From: an uncultured Clostridiaceae bacterium
Lineage (GTDB): Bacteria > Bacillota > Clostridia > TANB77 > CAG-508
Reading direction: 5' to 3'
Assembly: GCA_946493085.1 (NCBI GenBank)
Contig: CAMMAC010000005.1
Location: forward strand, 945-64,944
Length of the DNA: 64,000 bases
Below are positions 49,295-59,717 of this stretch, in pieces. Numbering within the stretch: position 1 is the stretch's first letter; the number at the start of each line of letters is the position of its first letter. A program made the position numbers and the translations under genes. The notes below the pieces were generated by a model, which saw only the letters and a program-made list of their open reading frames with translations, ran no database searches and was not told where the DNA came from.

Positions 49295-50056
49295 ATGACA
49301 TTTGGAGAAAGATTATTAGCATATAGAAATGCTGTTAATTTAAGCCAAGAAAAGTTGGCAGAAAAAGTTGGAGTAACAAGACAAACTGTTTCCAAATGGG
49401 AAACGAATCAAAGTGTACCAGATTTTGATAAAATCCTACCACTATGTGAGGCACTAGGTCTTAGTACTGAAGAATTAATAACTGGAGAAAAAGAAGAAAA
49501 AAGTGCAGAACTTGAAGATATTAAACAGGAAAAAGAAAGAGTAAAGAAAGAATATATGCAGAAAAGAAATAAGAAGAAAGCAATTGTATTGAGTGTTAGT
49601 ATTTTCTTATATTGTATAGCAACATTTGCTTTGCCTTATATGATTGAAGTGTTGAGATATGAGGATGCTCACGCAGTTATGATTTGGGCAACTTTGTGTG
49701 CTATTGCAACCGTTATCATTGTATATTTCTTTGTAGCTTATCCAAATACTTATAAAGAGGAGAAAGAGAAAAAGGGAATAAAAGAAGATATTGAAGAACT
49801 AAATGATACAATAGAAGAAATTGAAAAATTAAACGATAGTCGCATAAGAATAGAGGCAGTTGGAGCAGAAAGTAAAACAGAGGCATTAGCAATACAGATT
49901 GTTGCAATACTATTTTTAATTATATATCTTTTAATAAGCTTCTTAACAGGAGCTTGGCATATTACATGGATTTTGTGGATTGTATTTATATTTATCGAAC
50001 TAATTGTAAAACTGATTTCCAGTATGAAAGGGGAGAAAGAAAAAAATGAAAAATAA
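49295..50056 (+). CDS. XRE-family HTH regulator fused to a membrane domain
   Basis: LSQEKLAEKVGVTRQTVSKWETNQSVP HTH, then a charged linker and 4 TM segments. Confidence 0.8.
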   Translation: MTFGERLLAYRNAVNLSQEKLAEKVGVTRQTVSKWETNQSVPDFDKILPLCEALGLSTEELITGEKEEKSAELEDIKQEKERVKKEYMQKRNKKKAIVLSVSIFLYCIATFALPYMIEVLRYEDAHAVMIWATLCAIATVIIVYFFVAYPNTYKEEKEKKGIKEDIEELNDTIEEIEKLNDSRIRIEAVGAESKTEALAIQIVAILFLIIYLLISFLTGAWHITWILWIVFIFIELIVKLISSMKGEKEKNEK

Positions 50057-51050
50057 GGGAGTTAAAATTGTACTTATTATAATATTAGCAATATTAGTTA
50101 TAGTATTAATTAATTTTATGATTTATGCAATTATCAATAGAAATAACGAATATAGTGTAAAATTTTCTTTAATTGCTTTTGGTGATAATACAGAAAAAAT
50201 ATTTGAAAAAGAATATGAACCAGAAGAATTAGAAAATATTAAAGTGGATGTTTCTTCCTCTAATGTTACCATTGAAAAAGCAGATGTAAATAAAATTAAA
50301 ATTACAGCTTATGGAGAAAAAGATGAAAAAATAAATGAAACAATCAATGATAGAGAACTTTCCATTACAAAAAGTAATATGAAAATATTTATATTTGCCA
50401 TGTTTTATTGGAGTGATGAAAAGATAATAATACAAATTCCAAATGATTGTGACCAGAAATTTAATATACATACATCAAGTGGAGATATAGCAGCAACTAA
50501 TTTAGAAGATAATGTTATCAACTTAGAAACATCATCAGGGAAAATTGAATGTGGAAATATTAAGACTGGTAGTTTCAAAAGTTCTTCAGGGAATATTACA
50601 GTTGGAAGTGGTAATGAAATCACAATACAAACAAGTTCTGGAAGCATAAAAACAGGTAATTTTAATAAACTATCGGCGGAGGCATCTTCTGGAAATATAG
50701 AAGTGGGAACAATAGGAGAAAGTACAATAAAAACATCTTCTGGTAAAATATTTGTAGAAGGTGCAAAAAGACTACAAGCAGAGGCAAGTTCTGGTGAAAT
50801 AGATATTAATAAAATAGAAGAATATTGTAACTTGACAACAAATTCTGGAAGTATAAAGATAGATTCTTTAAATATAACTGAAAATTCTAATATTAATGCT
50901 AAATCTGGAAATGTTGATATAAAAAGAAAAAATGATATATACATAGAAACAGAAACTGGTTCGGGAGATGCAGATATAAAAAACAATAACAGAATGGCAG
51001 AAATAGTTTTAAAAATAACAACTACATCAGGAAGTATTAAAGTAGATTAA
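50046..51050 (+). CDS. DUF4097-like beta-strand repeat protein (LiaG-like putative adhesin)
   Basis: N-terminal TM, then more than 10 repeats of (T/S)SSG(N/S/K)I.(V/I). Overlaps the upstream HTH gene. Confidence 0.75.
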   Translation: MKNKGVKIVLIIILAILVIVLINFMIYAIINRNNEYSVKFSLIAFGDNTEKIFEKEYEPEELENIKVDVSSSNVTIEKADVNKIKITAYGEKDEKINETINDRELSITKSNMKIFIFAMFYWSDEKIIIQIPNDCDQKFNIHTSSGDIAATNLEDNVINLETSSGKIECGNIKTGSFKSSSGNITVGSGNEITIQTSSGSIKTGNFNKLSAEASSGNIEVGTIGESTIKTSSGKIFVEGAKRLQAEASSGEIDINKIEEYCNLTTNSGSIKIDSLNITENSNINAKSGNVDIKRKNDIYIETETGSGDADIKNNNRMAEIVLKITTTSGSIKVD

Positions 51051-51135
51051 TTTTATATGAATTATAGATTATTTTTCTCTTAAATGATATATTTTATTAA
51101 GAGAGAAAAAATAATTGAAAATATGGAGGAAATAA

Positions 51136-51756
51136 ATGAAAAAAATTTTAATTCACGGTTCAGGACATAAAGCGGATAGTTGGAATAAAGTAACTTCCTA
51201 TATGAATAATGATAAGGATATATTATGTCCTAATTTATCTACAATTTTAGATGGAAAAGAAGCAAGTTATGATAATGTATATTCTTCTTTTATAGAATAT
51301 TGTAATAAAATAGATGGAAAAATAGACTTGTGTGGTCTTTCACTAGGTGGCATATTAGCACTAAACTACGCTATAGATTATCCAAATAAAGTAGAAAAAT
51401 TAGTTTTAATAGGAACACCTCATAAAGTACCGAAAGTAATGTTTAGTATTCAAAATGTCATATTTAAGTTTTTGCCTAAAAAACTGTTTGAAACAATGGC
51501 TTTCAATAAAAGAGATACATTTATTTTAGGTAACACTATGAAAAAATTAGATTTTAGTAATAGAGTACAAAATGTTAAATGTCCAACTCTAGTTATTTGT
51601 GGAGAAAAAGATAACACAAATATGAAGTCTGCACATTATCTAGCTGAAAATATAAAAAGTGCCAAATTAGAAATTATGAAAAATACAGGTCACATTGTAA
51701 ACGAAGAAAATCCAAAAGAGTTATCGGAATTATTGACTGAGTTTTGGAAAGTATAA
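51136..51756 (+). CDS. alpha/beta hydrolase
   Basis: GLSLGG nucleophile elbow and a C-terminal GH. 206 aa. Confidence 0.75.
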   Translation: MKKILIHGSGHKADSWNKVTSYMNNDKDILCPNLSTILDGKEASYDNVYSSFIEYCNKIDGKIDLCGLSLGGILALNYAIDYPNKVEKLVLIGTPHKVPKVMFSIQNVIFKFLPKKLFETMAFNKRDTFILGNTMKKLDFSNRVQNVKCPTLVICGEKDNTNMKSAHYLAENIKSAKLEIMKNTGHIVNEENPKELSELLTEFWKV

Positions 51757-51796
51757 GCAAAATGATATCAATGATTATAAAATGAGGTGCAAGAAT

Positions 51797-52480
51797 ATGA
51801 AAAAAATAATGATAGTAGAAGATGATAAAAAAATACGAAAAGAATTAGAAACATTTTTAAATAAACACGGTTTTATTGCAAAAAGCTTGGAAAAATTTGA
51901 TAATACTATACAAGATATATTAAATGAGAATGCTGATTTAGTATTATTGGATATTAATCTACCATACATAGACGGTGAATTTGTGTGTAAAGAAGTAAGA
52001 AAAACATCTGATGTACCAATTATCATGGTAACAAGTAGAGATAATGAAATAGATGAATTAATGAGTTTAAATTACGGAGCAGACCAATATGTAACTAAGC
52101 CCTATAACATACAAATATTACTTGCTAAAATAAATGGTTTACTAAAAAGAAACCAAAAACAAGAAAAAGGAATACAGAAAATTGATTGCGATGGTTTTGT
52201 TTTAAACATAGCAGAAAGAGTTATTGAAAAAGAGGACAAGAAGATTGAACTTACCAAAAATGAATATAGCATTTTATATTATTTAAGTATCAATAAGGGA
52301 AAAGTTGTGTCAAGAGATGAAATTATGGACTATCTATGGGAAAGTGAAGAATTTATTGATGATAATACATTAAGTGTAAATGTCAAAAGATTAAGGAACA
52401 AATTAGAAGAATTAGGATTTATAGATAGAATTGAGACTAGGAGAGGACAAGGTTATCTATTAGTTGGAAAGGAAAACTAG
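51797..52480 (+). CDS. OmpR-family response regulator (BceR/GraR-like)
   Basis: IMIVEDD..DLVLLDINLP receiver plus a winged-helix C-terminus (LTKNEYSILYYL..RRGQGY). Confidence 0.9.
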   Translation: MKKIMIVEDDKKIRKELETFLNKHGFIAKSLEKFDNTIQDILNENADLVLLDINLPYIDGEFVCKEVRKTSDVPIIMVTSRDNEIDELMSLNYGADQYVTKPYNIQILLAKINGLLKRNQKQEKGIQKIDCDGFVLNIAERVIEKEDKKIELTKNEYSILYYLSINKGKVVSRDEIMDYLWESEEFIDDNTLSVNVKRLRNKLEELGFIDRIETRRGQGYLLVGKEN

Positions 52481-52481
52481 C

Positions 52482-53498
52482 ATGAAATTCAAAGATTTTG
52501 TAAAAGAAAAAATGATATTAATAGTAGGTATCCTACTAGCTATTTCAAGTATAGAGATACTGCTTCTTGCCTATAAAGTTGGCATTTTAGTGCGATTATA
52601 TTGTGCTTTTATCGTAATTTTTGTTGTGGTACTTGCGATTTTGGCGGAATATAAAAGAAAAAAAGATTACTATGATGAATTAATAAAAAATATGGAAGAT
52701 TTAAGAGAGAAATACTTGATTTCAGAAATAATAAAAACTCCCAATTTTATAGAAGGTAAAATTTTAAAAGAGATTTTACAAGATACAGGTAAATCCATGT
52801 TGGAAAATGTGAATTATTATAAAAATATTCAAGAAGATTATAAAGAATATATAGAATTATGGATTCACGAGGTAAAAATACCTATTGCAGCTAGTAAATT
52901 GATGATACAAAATAATAAAAACCAAATAACAAAGAGTATAGATGAAGAACTAGACAAGGTAGAAAATTATACAGAACAAGCCTTGTTTTATGCTAGAAGC
53001 AATACAGTAGAAAAGGACTATATTATTAATAAAACTAATTTAAAGGAAATAGTGAATGGTGCCATATTAAAGAATAAAACCACTTTATTAAATGAAAAAG
53101 TGTCCATAGAATTAACAAACTTAAAATCAGAAGAAGTATATACAGATAGCAAATGGGCTGTATTCATTATCAATCAGATTATACAAAATGCGATAAAATA
53201 CTCTAAAAAAGAGAATAAAAAAATAGAAATTTCTTCAAAAGAAAAAAATGAAAAAGTTATTTTGTACATAAAAGATAACGGGATAGGAATAAAAAAAGGA
53301 GAAATTACAAGAGTATTTGAAAAAGGCTTTACAGGGGAAAATGGAAGGGCTATTGGTCAAAAGTCAACTGGTATAGGTTTGTATTTGTGTAAAAAATTAT
53401 GCGATAAATTAGGTTTAGGAATAGAACTTAATTCAGAAAAGGGAGAAGGAACAGAAGTAAGAATCATTTTTCCAAAAAATAGTTATACAAATTTTTAA
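52482..53498 (+). CDS. intramembrane-sensing histidine kinase (BceS-like)
   Basis: Two N-terminal TM helices with no periplasmic domain. H-box HEVKIPIA. N/G boxes NAIKYS, DNGIGI and GIGLYL. Confidence 0.9.
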   Translation: MKFKDFVKEKMILIVGILLAISSIEILLLAYKVGILVRLYCAFIVIFVVVLAILAEYKRKKDYYDELIKNMEDLREKYLISEIIKTPNFIEGKILKEILQDTGKSMLENVNYYKNIQEDYKEYIELWIHEVKIPIAASKLMIQNNKNQITKSIDEELDKVENYTEQALFYARSNTVEKDYIINKTNLKEIVNGAILKNKTTLLNEKVSIELTNLKSEEVYTDSKWAVFIINQIIQNAIKYSKKENKKIEISSKEKNEKVILYIKDNGIGIKKGEITRVFEKGFTGENGRAIGQKSTGIGLYLCKKLCDKLGLGIELNSEKGEGTEVRIIFPKNSYTNF

Positions 53499-53527
53499 CG
53501 GCTCTTTCGCATAGAGCTGTTTTTTTA
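53499..53527 (+). terminator. rho-independent terminator
   Basis: cggctct-ttcgcat-agagctg followed by a T7 run. Confidence 0.75.
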
Positions 53528-53621
53528 CCTTACGAAAATGTAAGGCAAATGTAAGATAAAAAAATGGCAAGAAGATAGGAGATATTTTATAATATAGTTA
53601 AAATATGTGAAAGGAGATTTT

Positions 53622-54392
53622 ATGATGAGCACTGTATTAGAAGTGAAAAACATTGAGAAATACTACGGAAATAAATCTAACCTAACAAAGGCAATCGATG
53701 GGATTAGTTTTCATGTAGAAGAAGGAGAATTTGTTGGAATAATGGGAGCATCTGGCTCAGGTAAAACTACTTTATTAAATTGTATTTCTACTATAGATAG
53801 AGTAACGGCAGGAAAAATTATTATCAATAACCAAGACATAACAAAGTTAAAGGGCAATAAACTAAATAAGTTCAGAAGAGAAGAGCTAGGATTTATATTT
53901 CAAGATTTCAATTTGCTAGATACTCTAACATCTTATGAGAATATTGCACTAGCACTAACTATCCAAAAAGTAAACCCTCATGAAATAGATAAAAGAGTAA
54001 AAGAGGTGGCAGAAAAATTAGATATTTCTGAAATATTAAACAAATATCCTTATCAAATATCTGGTGGACAAAAGCAAAGAGTAGCATCAGCAAGAGCCAT
54101 TATTACAAATCCTAAAATAGTACTTGCAGATGAACCAACCGGAGCATTAGATAGCAAATCTGCAAGACAATTACTAGAAACATTCGAGCACTTAAACCAA
54201 AAATTAGGAGCAACTATATTAATGGTTACACATGATGCCTTCACAGCTAGTTATGCAGAGAAAATTATATTTATTAAAGATGGTAAGATATTTAATGAAC
54301 TTACAAAAGGAGAAGATACAAGGAAACAATTCTTTGAGAAAATCATCGAGGTACAAACACTTCTTGGAGGTGATTTGAACGATGTTATTTAA
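53622..54392 (+). CDS. ABC transporter ATP-binding protein (BceA/MacB-type)
   Basis: GASGSGKTT, ISGGQKQRVASARA and VLADEPTGALD. Confidence 0.9.
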   Translation: MMSTVLEVKNIEKYYGNKSNLTKAIDGISFHVEEGEFVGIMGASGSGKTTLLNCISTIDRVTAGKIIINNQDITKLKGNKLNKFRREELGFIFQDFNLLDTLTSYENIALALTIQKVNPHEIDKRVKEVAEKLDISEILNKYPYQISGGQKQRVASARAIITNPKIVLADEPTGALDSKSARQLLETFEHLNQKLGATILMVTHDAFTASYAEKIIFIKDGKIFNELTKGEDTRKQFFEKIIEVQTLLGGDLNDVI

Positions 54393-56478
54393 GCTATCCA
54401 TAAGAAATATGAAAAAGAGTTTTAAAGATTATGCCATCTATTTTTTAACATTAGTATTGGGTGTAGCACTTTTCTATATGTTTAACTCTTTAGACAGTCA
54501 ACAAGCAATGCTTGAAGTATCGCAGTCTACAAGACAAATGATACAATTACTGGTTCAATTACTTGGAATGGTTTCAGTTTTTATTGCCATTATACTTGGA
54601 TTTTTAATAGTATATGCCAATAACTTTTTAATCAATAGAAGAAAAAAAGAATTTGGTATTTATATGACACTTGGCATGGGAAGAAGGCAAATATCTAGTC
54701 TCATTCTATTAGAAACCATATTAATAGGAATTTTGTCATTGGTAGTTGGCTTATTTATAGGGATTTTTGCCTCACAATTTATGTCTATTTTAGTAGCAAA
54801 ATTATTTGAAGCAGATATGACGGAATTTACATTTGTGTTTTCTAAAGATGCTTGTATAAAAACTTGTATATACTTTGCTGTAATGTATTTAGCAGTGATT
54901 ATATTTAATACTTTAACCATTTCCAGATACAAATTAATTAATTTATTAACAGCAGTAAGAAAAAATGAAAAAGTAAAAATAAAGAATCCTATTATTTCTA
55001 TACTTGTATTTCTCATTTCAGCAGTTATACTAGGATATGCTTATTATTTAGTAACTGGTGGAGTATATGAGTTACAAACAGGTAATGAATTACTAATTCC
55101 TATATTAATGGGAATTGTAGGTACTATTGGAATATTCTGGTCCTTATCAGGATTTATATTAAAAATGATACAATCTAGTAAAAAGATTTATTTAAAAGGA
55201 ACAAATATGTTTGTATTAAGACAATTAAATAATAAGATTAATACCAATATAGTAAGTATGAGTATCATTTGTTTAATGCTATTTATGACAATTAGTGTAT
55301 TATCCAGTAGTTTATCTATAAAGTCGGCATTAGATTCCCAATTAGATAGATTTACACCAGTAGATGTAACCCTATATAAACCAGCCTATTTACCAGAAAG
55401 CTATGTGAGTTCCTATAGTGGCAAAACAATATATAATTCAGAAGAAAAAATAGAAGATTCCAGACATCCTGTAAGCTATACACTTGAAACAAATGGATAT
55501 GATATGAATCGTTTAAAAGATATTGTAGAAATCCCTATTTATGCATTACCAGAGTGGACTTTGGCAGATAGTTTAGGAGATTATTATGAAGCTACAAAAA
55601 ATCAGTATAGCATGCTTGCTTATGAAATGTCAGAAGCTATTATTAAAGTTTCAGACTATAATAAAATTGCAGAGCTTTATGGAGAAAAACAATACAACTT
55701 AAATGATGATGAATATATGGTACTTTGCAATTATGAGCAAATGATAGATATAAGAAATCAGACACTAAGTACAAATTCTAATATAGAAATTAATGGAAAA
55801 ACATATCATTCCAAATATAAGGAATGCCAAGATGGTTTCGTATATTTGGCAACAACTGCAATAAATGCAGGAATTATATTAGTACCAGACAATTTTGAAA
55901 TAGAAGAGGACTATACAGAACAATATTTTTTAGCAGCCAATTATCATGCAGAAACAGAAGAAGATAAACAAAAAATAGAAGAAACATTAATAGGGAGTGG
56001 GGATACAGAATTTTTTGAAAATATTAAAGAAAAAGGAATAGACCTAGATGGATCTTCTAAAATTAGTATAGTGGAATCTAGCAAAGGTTTAGCAACGATT
56101 ATTATATTTATTGCAATTTACTTAGGTATTATATTCTTAATTGCAAGTTCAGCTATTTTAGCATTAAAGCAACTTACAGAAAGTTCTGACAATAAACAAA
56201 GATATACCATACTAAGAAAAATAGGCTGTGATGAAAAAATGATAAATAAGGCTCTATTTAGACAAATATTTATATTCTTTATGATGCCTTTAATAATTGC
56301 AATGATACATTCTATATTTGGAATTAAGTTTATATTATCGATGTTAGAAGTATTAGCATCACCAGATGAACTACTACCTTCCATTATAGTTACAGCAATC
56401 ATTATGGGAGCAATTTATGGAGTATATTTCCTAGCAACCTATTTTGGAAGTAAAAACATCATTAAAGAGGAGGAATAA
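54382..56478 (+). CDS. FtsX-family ABC permease (BceB-like, 10 TM with a large extracellular domain)
   Basis: 698 aa. Two FtsX-type 4-TM bundles separated by a ~230-aa loop. Coupled to the ATPase gene. Confidence 0.9.
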   Translation: MLFKLSIRNMKKSFKDYAIYFLTLVLGVALFYMFNSLDSQQAMLEVSQSTRQMIQLLVQLLGMVSVFIAIILGFLIVYANNFLINRRKKEFGIYMTLGMGRRQISSLILLETILIGILSLVVGLFIGIFASQFMSILVAKLFEADMTEFTFVFSKDACIKTCIYFAVMYLAVIIFNTLTISRYKLINLLTAVRKNEKVKIKNPIISILVFLISAVILGYAYYLVTGGVYELQTGNELLIPILMGIVGTIGIFWSLSGFILKMIQSSKKIYLKGTNMFVLRQLNNKINTNIVSMSIICLMLFMTISVLSSSLSIKSALDSQLDRFTPVDVTLYKPAYLPESYVSSYSGKTIYNSEEKIEDSRHPVSYTLETNGYDMNRLKDIVEIPIYALPEWTLADSLGDYYEATKNQYSMLAYEMSEAIIKVSDYNKIAELYGEKQYNLNDDEYMVLCNYEQMIDIRNQTLSTNSNIEINGKTYHSKYKECQDGFVYLATTAINAGIILVPDNFEIEEDYTEQYFLAANYHAETEEDKQKIEETLIGSGDTEFFENIKEKGIDLDGSSKISIVESSKGLATIIIFIAIYLGIIFLIASSAILALKQLTESSDNKQRYTILRKIGCDEKMINKALFRQIFIFFMMPLIIAMIHSIFGIKFILSMLEVLASPDELLPSIIVTAIIMGAIYGVYFLATYFGSKNIIKEEE

Positions 56479-56481
56479 AAA

Positions 56482-56835
56482 ATGGAAAGTTTTAAAGAAA
56501 AATTACCAATGATAATTGCAGTAATCATTATTATCCTTTTAATAGCGAGTGCATATTACTTTTTGGTAATACATAAAGAACCCTATTATACACAAATAGA
56601 TAATACAAAAATAGAGGAAGTTTCTGGAACAGATGATATGAAATATCAATATACATTAACTGCCTATAACAAAAATGGAAAAGAAAAAGAAATACAATTT
56701 AAAACAAGCAGAGAATTAAGAGAAGGAGCCTATTTAGAATTAGAATTCATGCAAATGAGGGGAGTAGTAAATTGGAGAGAAGTGCAAGAAGATGACTTAC
56801 CTAAGGATGTTAAAACAGCAATGAATGCCAAATAA
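56482..56835 (+). CDS. YxeA-family (DUF1093) small secreted/membrane-anchored protein
   Basis: N-terminal TM plus YYTQIDN....YQYTLTAYNKNGKEKEIQFKT.RELREGAYLEL pattern. Confidence 0.7.
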   Translation: MESFKEKLPMIIAVIIIILLIASAYYFLVIHKEPYYTQIDNTKIEEVSGTDDMKYQYTLTAYNKNGKEKEIQFKTSRELREGAYLELEFMQMRGVVNWREVQEDDLPKDVKTAMNAK

Positions 56836-57056
56836 GATTACCGTGCTAATTGAAGGAATAAAGCAATTAGCACACAAATTATCCCCTTTTATTTTCGAAA
56901 AGAGCTGCTAGAAATAGTAGCTCTTATTTATGTCAAATTTTTGCTTTTAATTTAAAAATTTCTATAGAATATGCCGTCAAATAGTAGAATAATTTAAAGA
57001 TATATGATATTCTATGGAAGAATTCATTAAACAGAAAATAGAAGAAGGAGAACTGT

Positions 57057-57755
57057 ATGAAATTAGTAGTAAAAAATCTAAAAAAGAATTTTGGGAAAAA
57101 AGAAGTATTAAAAGATATTCATTTTGAATTTGAAAAAGGGAAGATTTATGGACTATTAGGAAGAAATGGAGCAGGTAAAACCACTTTTTTTAATTGTTTA
57201 AATGAAGATATAGAAGTAGATGCAGGAGAATTCTATATAGAAGATAATGACCAAAAAAGAAAAATGGAAGCAGAAGATATAGGATATGTTTTATCCACCC
57301 CAAATGTACCAGAATTTTTAACTGCACGAGAGTTTTTAAAATTCTTTATAGATATTAATAAGAACAGAATAAAAAATGAAAAAACAATAGATGAATATTT
57401 TGACTTTATGAAAATAGAACAAGAAGATAGAGACAAATTATTAAAAGACTATTCACATGGTATGAAAAATAAAATGCAAATGTTAGTAAATATTATTGCT
57501 AACCCAAGTGTATTGCTATTAGACGAACCTTTAACTTCTTTTGATGTAGTAGTTGCAGAAGAAATGAAACAAATGTTAAAGGAAATAAAAAAAGATCACA
57601 TTATCATTTTTTCTACTCATATTATGGAATTGGCACTGGATTTGTGTGATGAAATCGTCATCCTAAATAAAGGAATATTAGAAGAAATTGATAAAAACAA
57701 TATAGATAATGAACATCTAAAAAATAAAATTATAGAAGCATTAAAGGAGGAATAA
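57057..57755 (+). CDS. ABC transporter ATP-binding protein
   Basis: GRNGAGKTT, YSHGMKNKMQM signature and LLLDEPLTSFD. Confidence 0.85.
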   Translation: MKLVVKNLKKNFGKKEVLKDIHFEFEKGKIYGLLGRNGAGKTTFFNCLNEDIEVDAGEFYIEDNDQKRKMEAEDIGYVLSTPNVPEFLTAREFLKFFIDINKNRIKNEKTIDEYFDFMKIEQEDRDKLLKDYSHGMKNKMQMLVNIIANPSVLLLDEPLTSFDVVVAEEMKQMLKEIKKDHIIIFSTHIMELALDLCDEIVILNKGILEEIDKNNIDNEHLKNKIIEALKEE

Positions 57756-57759
57756 TAGA

Positions 57760-59337
57760 ATGATAGAAACATTTATTACTTCCTTCCGATTAAAAAATAC
57801 CTATAGAGCTAATAGCATTATTTACTCCATAAAACAATTTCCTATTATTAGAAAAATATTACCAGATAGTTTGTACAAAAATGCAGGATTAAAAATATTG
57901 GCAAATGTTATTAGTATCTTGTGGGAGATTATCAATATTTTTATAGGAAAATTCATATATATTGCCGTTATGATATTTGTAGCATTATCTTGGTATCCTA
58001 CAAACCAGGCAGATACATTCATACATTTGTTTACATTTTTAACACTTTGTGGAGGCGTGTTAAATACCTACATGCTTAACCCTACGAAAGACAAATACTA
58101 TGCCATTGTTTTGATGAATGTAAATGCTAGAGAATATGGATTGTCTAATTACTATTATCAATTAATAAAACTATTAATTGGATTTTTGCCATTTACCATT
58201 CTTTTTGGTCTGTTAGCAGGCGTTCCATCATGGATTCAAATAGCATTGCCTTTTTTCGTGGTAGCAATAAAATTAATCGTAATGAATTATTGTATCTATG
58301 ATTTTAAGAAAACGAATAAAGCCTCTAATGAAAATTTACCAACTAAATTTGTTTGGGGTTTTGTAGCGGTATGCCTGTTAATTGCCTATGGTGGACCAGC
58401 AATAAATATTTTAATTAATCCAAACATTTTCTTGTACATATTTATTATTTCCATAATACTTGGAATTTACAGTTTGGTAAAAATTCATAATTTCAAAGAT
58501 TATAGAAAAATGTATAAGCAGATATTAACAGAATCTAATGTATATATGCAAGAAAAAAATACAGGAACACAAGCAATCAAAGATACAAGTTTAAAACAAA
58601 TAGAATTAGATAAGAATGATACAAGTAATAAATCTGGCTTTGCTTATTTCCACGATTTATTTGTAAAAAGACATAGTAAAATATTAACAAAAGCAGTAAA
58701 AAAACAGTCAGTTATTATATTGATCCTATTTATTGCACTGATAATTGGCATTGAGATGAACGATGAATTTAAAAACAAAATGAATGAAATATTAATGGTA
58801 TATTTGCCATATTTCGTTTTTATTATGTATTGTATCAATAGAAGCTCGTCAGTTACTACAGCCATGTTTATGAATTGCGATCATAGTATGCTTACTTATA
58901 GAATCTATAGGACACCAAAGGTGATACTTGGAATATTTAAAGAAAGACTAAAGACACTAATAAAAATTAATTTGTTACCAGCGATATTAATAGGAGGAGG
59001 CTTAGCACTATTATTATATTTGTCTGGAGGTACAGATAATCCATTAAACTATCTTGTTTTATTTGTATCAATCATTGCAATGAGCATTTTCTTTTCCGTT
59101 CATTATTTGGTAATGTATTATTTATTACAACCTTATAATGTAGATACGGAAATAAAGAGCAGTACATATAAAGTAGTTCAAGCTTTAACCTATTTTGTAT
59201 GCTGGTACATGATACAAATTCAATTGCCAACTTTATCGTTTGGTATAGCAACCATTGTTTTTTGTATAGCATATTCCTTCATTTCATTATTTTTAGCGTA
59301 CAAATATGCACCAAAAACATTTAAGTTAAGAACTTAG
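57760..59337 (+). CDS. polytopic membrane protein, putative permease partner of the 57057 ATPase
   Basis: 525 aa, more than 10 TM segments, 4-nt gap from the ATPase gene. No family recognised. Confidence 0.6.
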   Translation: MIETFITSFRLKNTYRANSIIYSIKQFPIIRKILPDSLYKNAGLKILANVISILWEIINIFIGKFIYIAVMIFVALSWYPTNQADTFIHLFTFLTLCGGVLNTYMLNPTKDKYYAIVLMNVNAREYGLSNYYYQLIKLLIGFLPFTILFGLLAGVPSWIQIALPFFVVAIKLIVMNYCIYDFKKTNKASNENLPTKFVWGFVAVCLLIAYGGPAINILINPNIFLYIFIISIILGIYSLVKIHNFKDYRKMYKQILTESNVYMQEKNTGTQAIKDTSLKQIELDKNDTSNKSGFAYFHDLFVKRHSKILTKAVKKQSVIILILFIALIIGIEMNDEFKNKMNEILMVYLPYFVFIMYCINRSSSVTTAMFMNCDHSMLTYRIYRTPKVILGIFKERLKTLIKINLLPAILIGGGLALLLYLSGGTDNPLNYLVLFVSIIAMSIFFSVHYLVMYYLLQPYNVDTEIKSSTYKVVQALTYFVCWYMIQIQLPTLSFGIATIVFCIAYSFISLFLAYKYAPKTFKLRT

Positions 59338-59361
59338 AAATAGGAAGGAGAAAAAAAGCAT

Positions 59362-59700
59362 ATGCAAATATTAATATTAGCCTTAAAAATAATTAGTATT
59401 CCTCTAATCATCATTATTGGTGAATCGCATTTTGAGGAAAAAACTAAAAATATAGTATTATTATTACTAGCTTTTTTATTTAATAATTTGTTAGGTTTTG
59501 TTACATGCCTTTCCATACTTTTAATATCTGTTTTATCAGATTCCTATTTATTCATTTTAGCGATAATACTTATTGGATTTTCGCTTTTGGTATATTTAAT
59601 TACAATAAATATGTATGTAAAAGGAAAAACAGATATTAATACTGGAATCTATATAATATTAAATATAATAGCATTTTTGACAGGATTATTTTTAAGATAG
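59362..59700 (+). CDS. hypothetical small membrane protein (112 aa, 4 TM)
   Basis: GGAGAAAAAAAGC-ATG RBS. Hydrophobic throughout. Confidence 0.5.
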   Translation: MQILILALKIISIPLIIIIGESHFEEKTKNIVLLLLAFLFNNLLGFVTCLSILLISVLSDSYLFILAIILIGFSLLVYLITINMYVKGKTDINTGIYIILNIIAFLTGLFLR

Positions 59701-59717
59701 AGATGCACCGGACACCT

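Noticed and set aside
47995-51050. Prophage call based on the integrase and the XRE-type HTH gene.
   Set aside because: No capsid, tail, terminase, replication or lysis genes follow. The neighbours are membrane, ABC and two-component genes.
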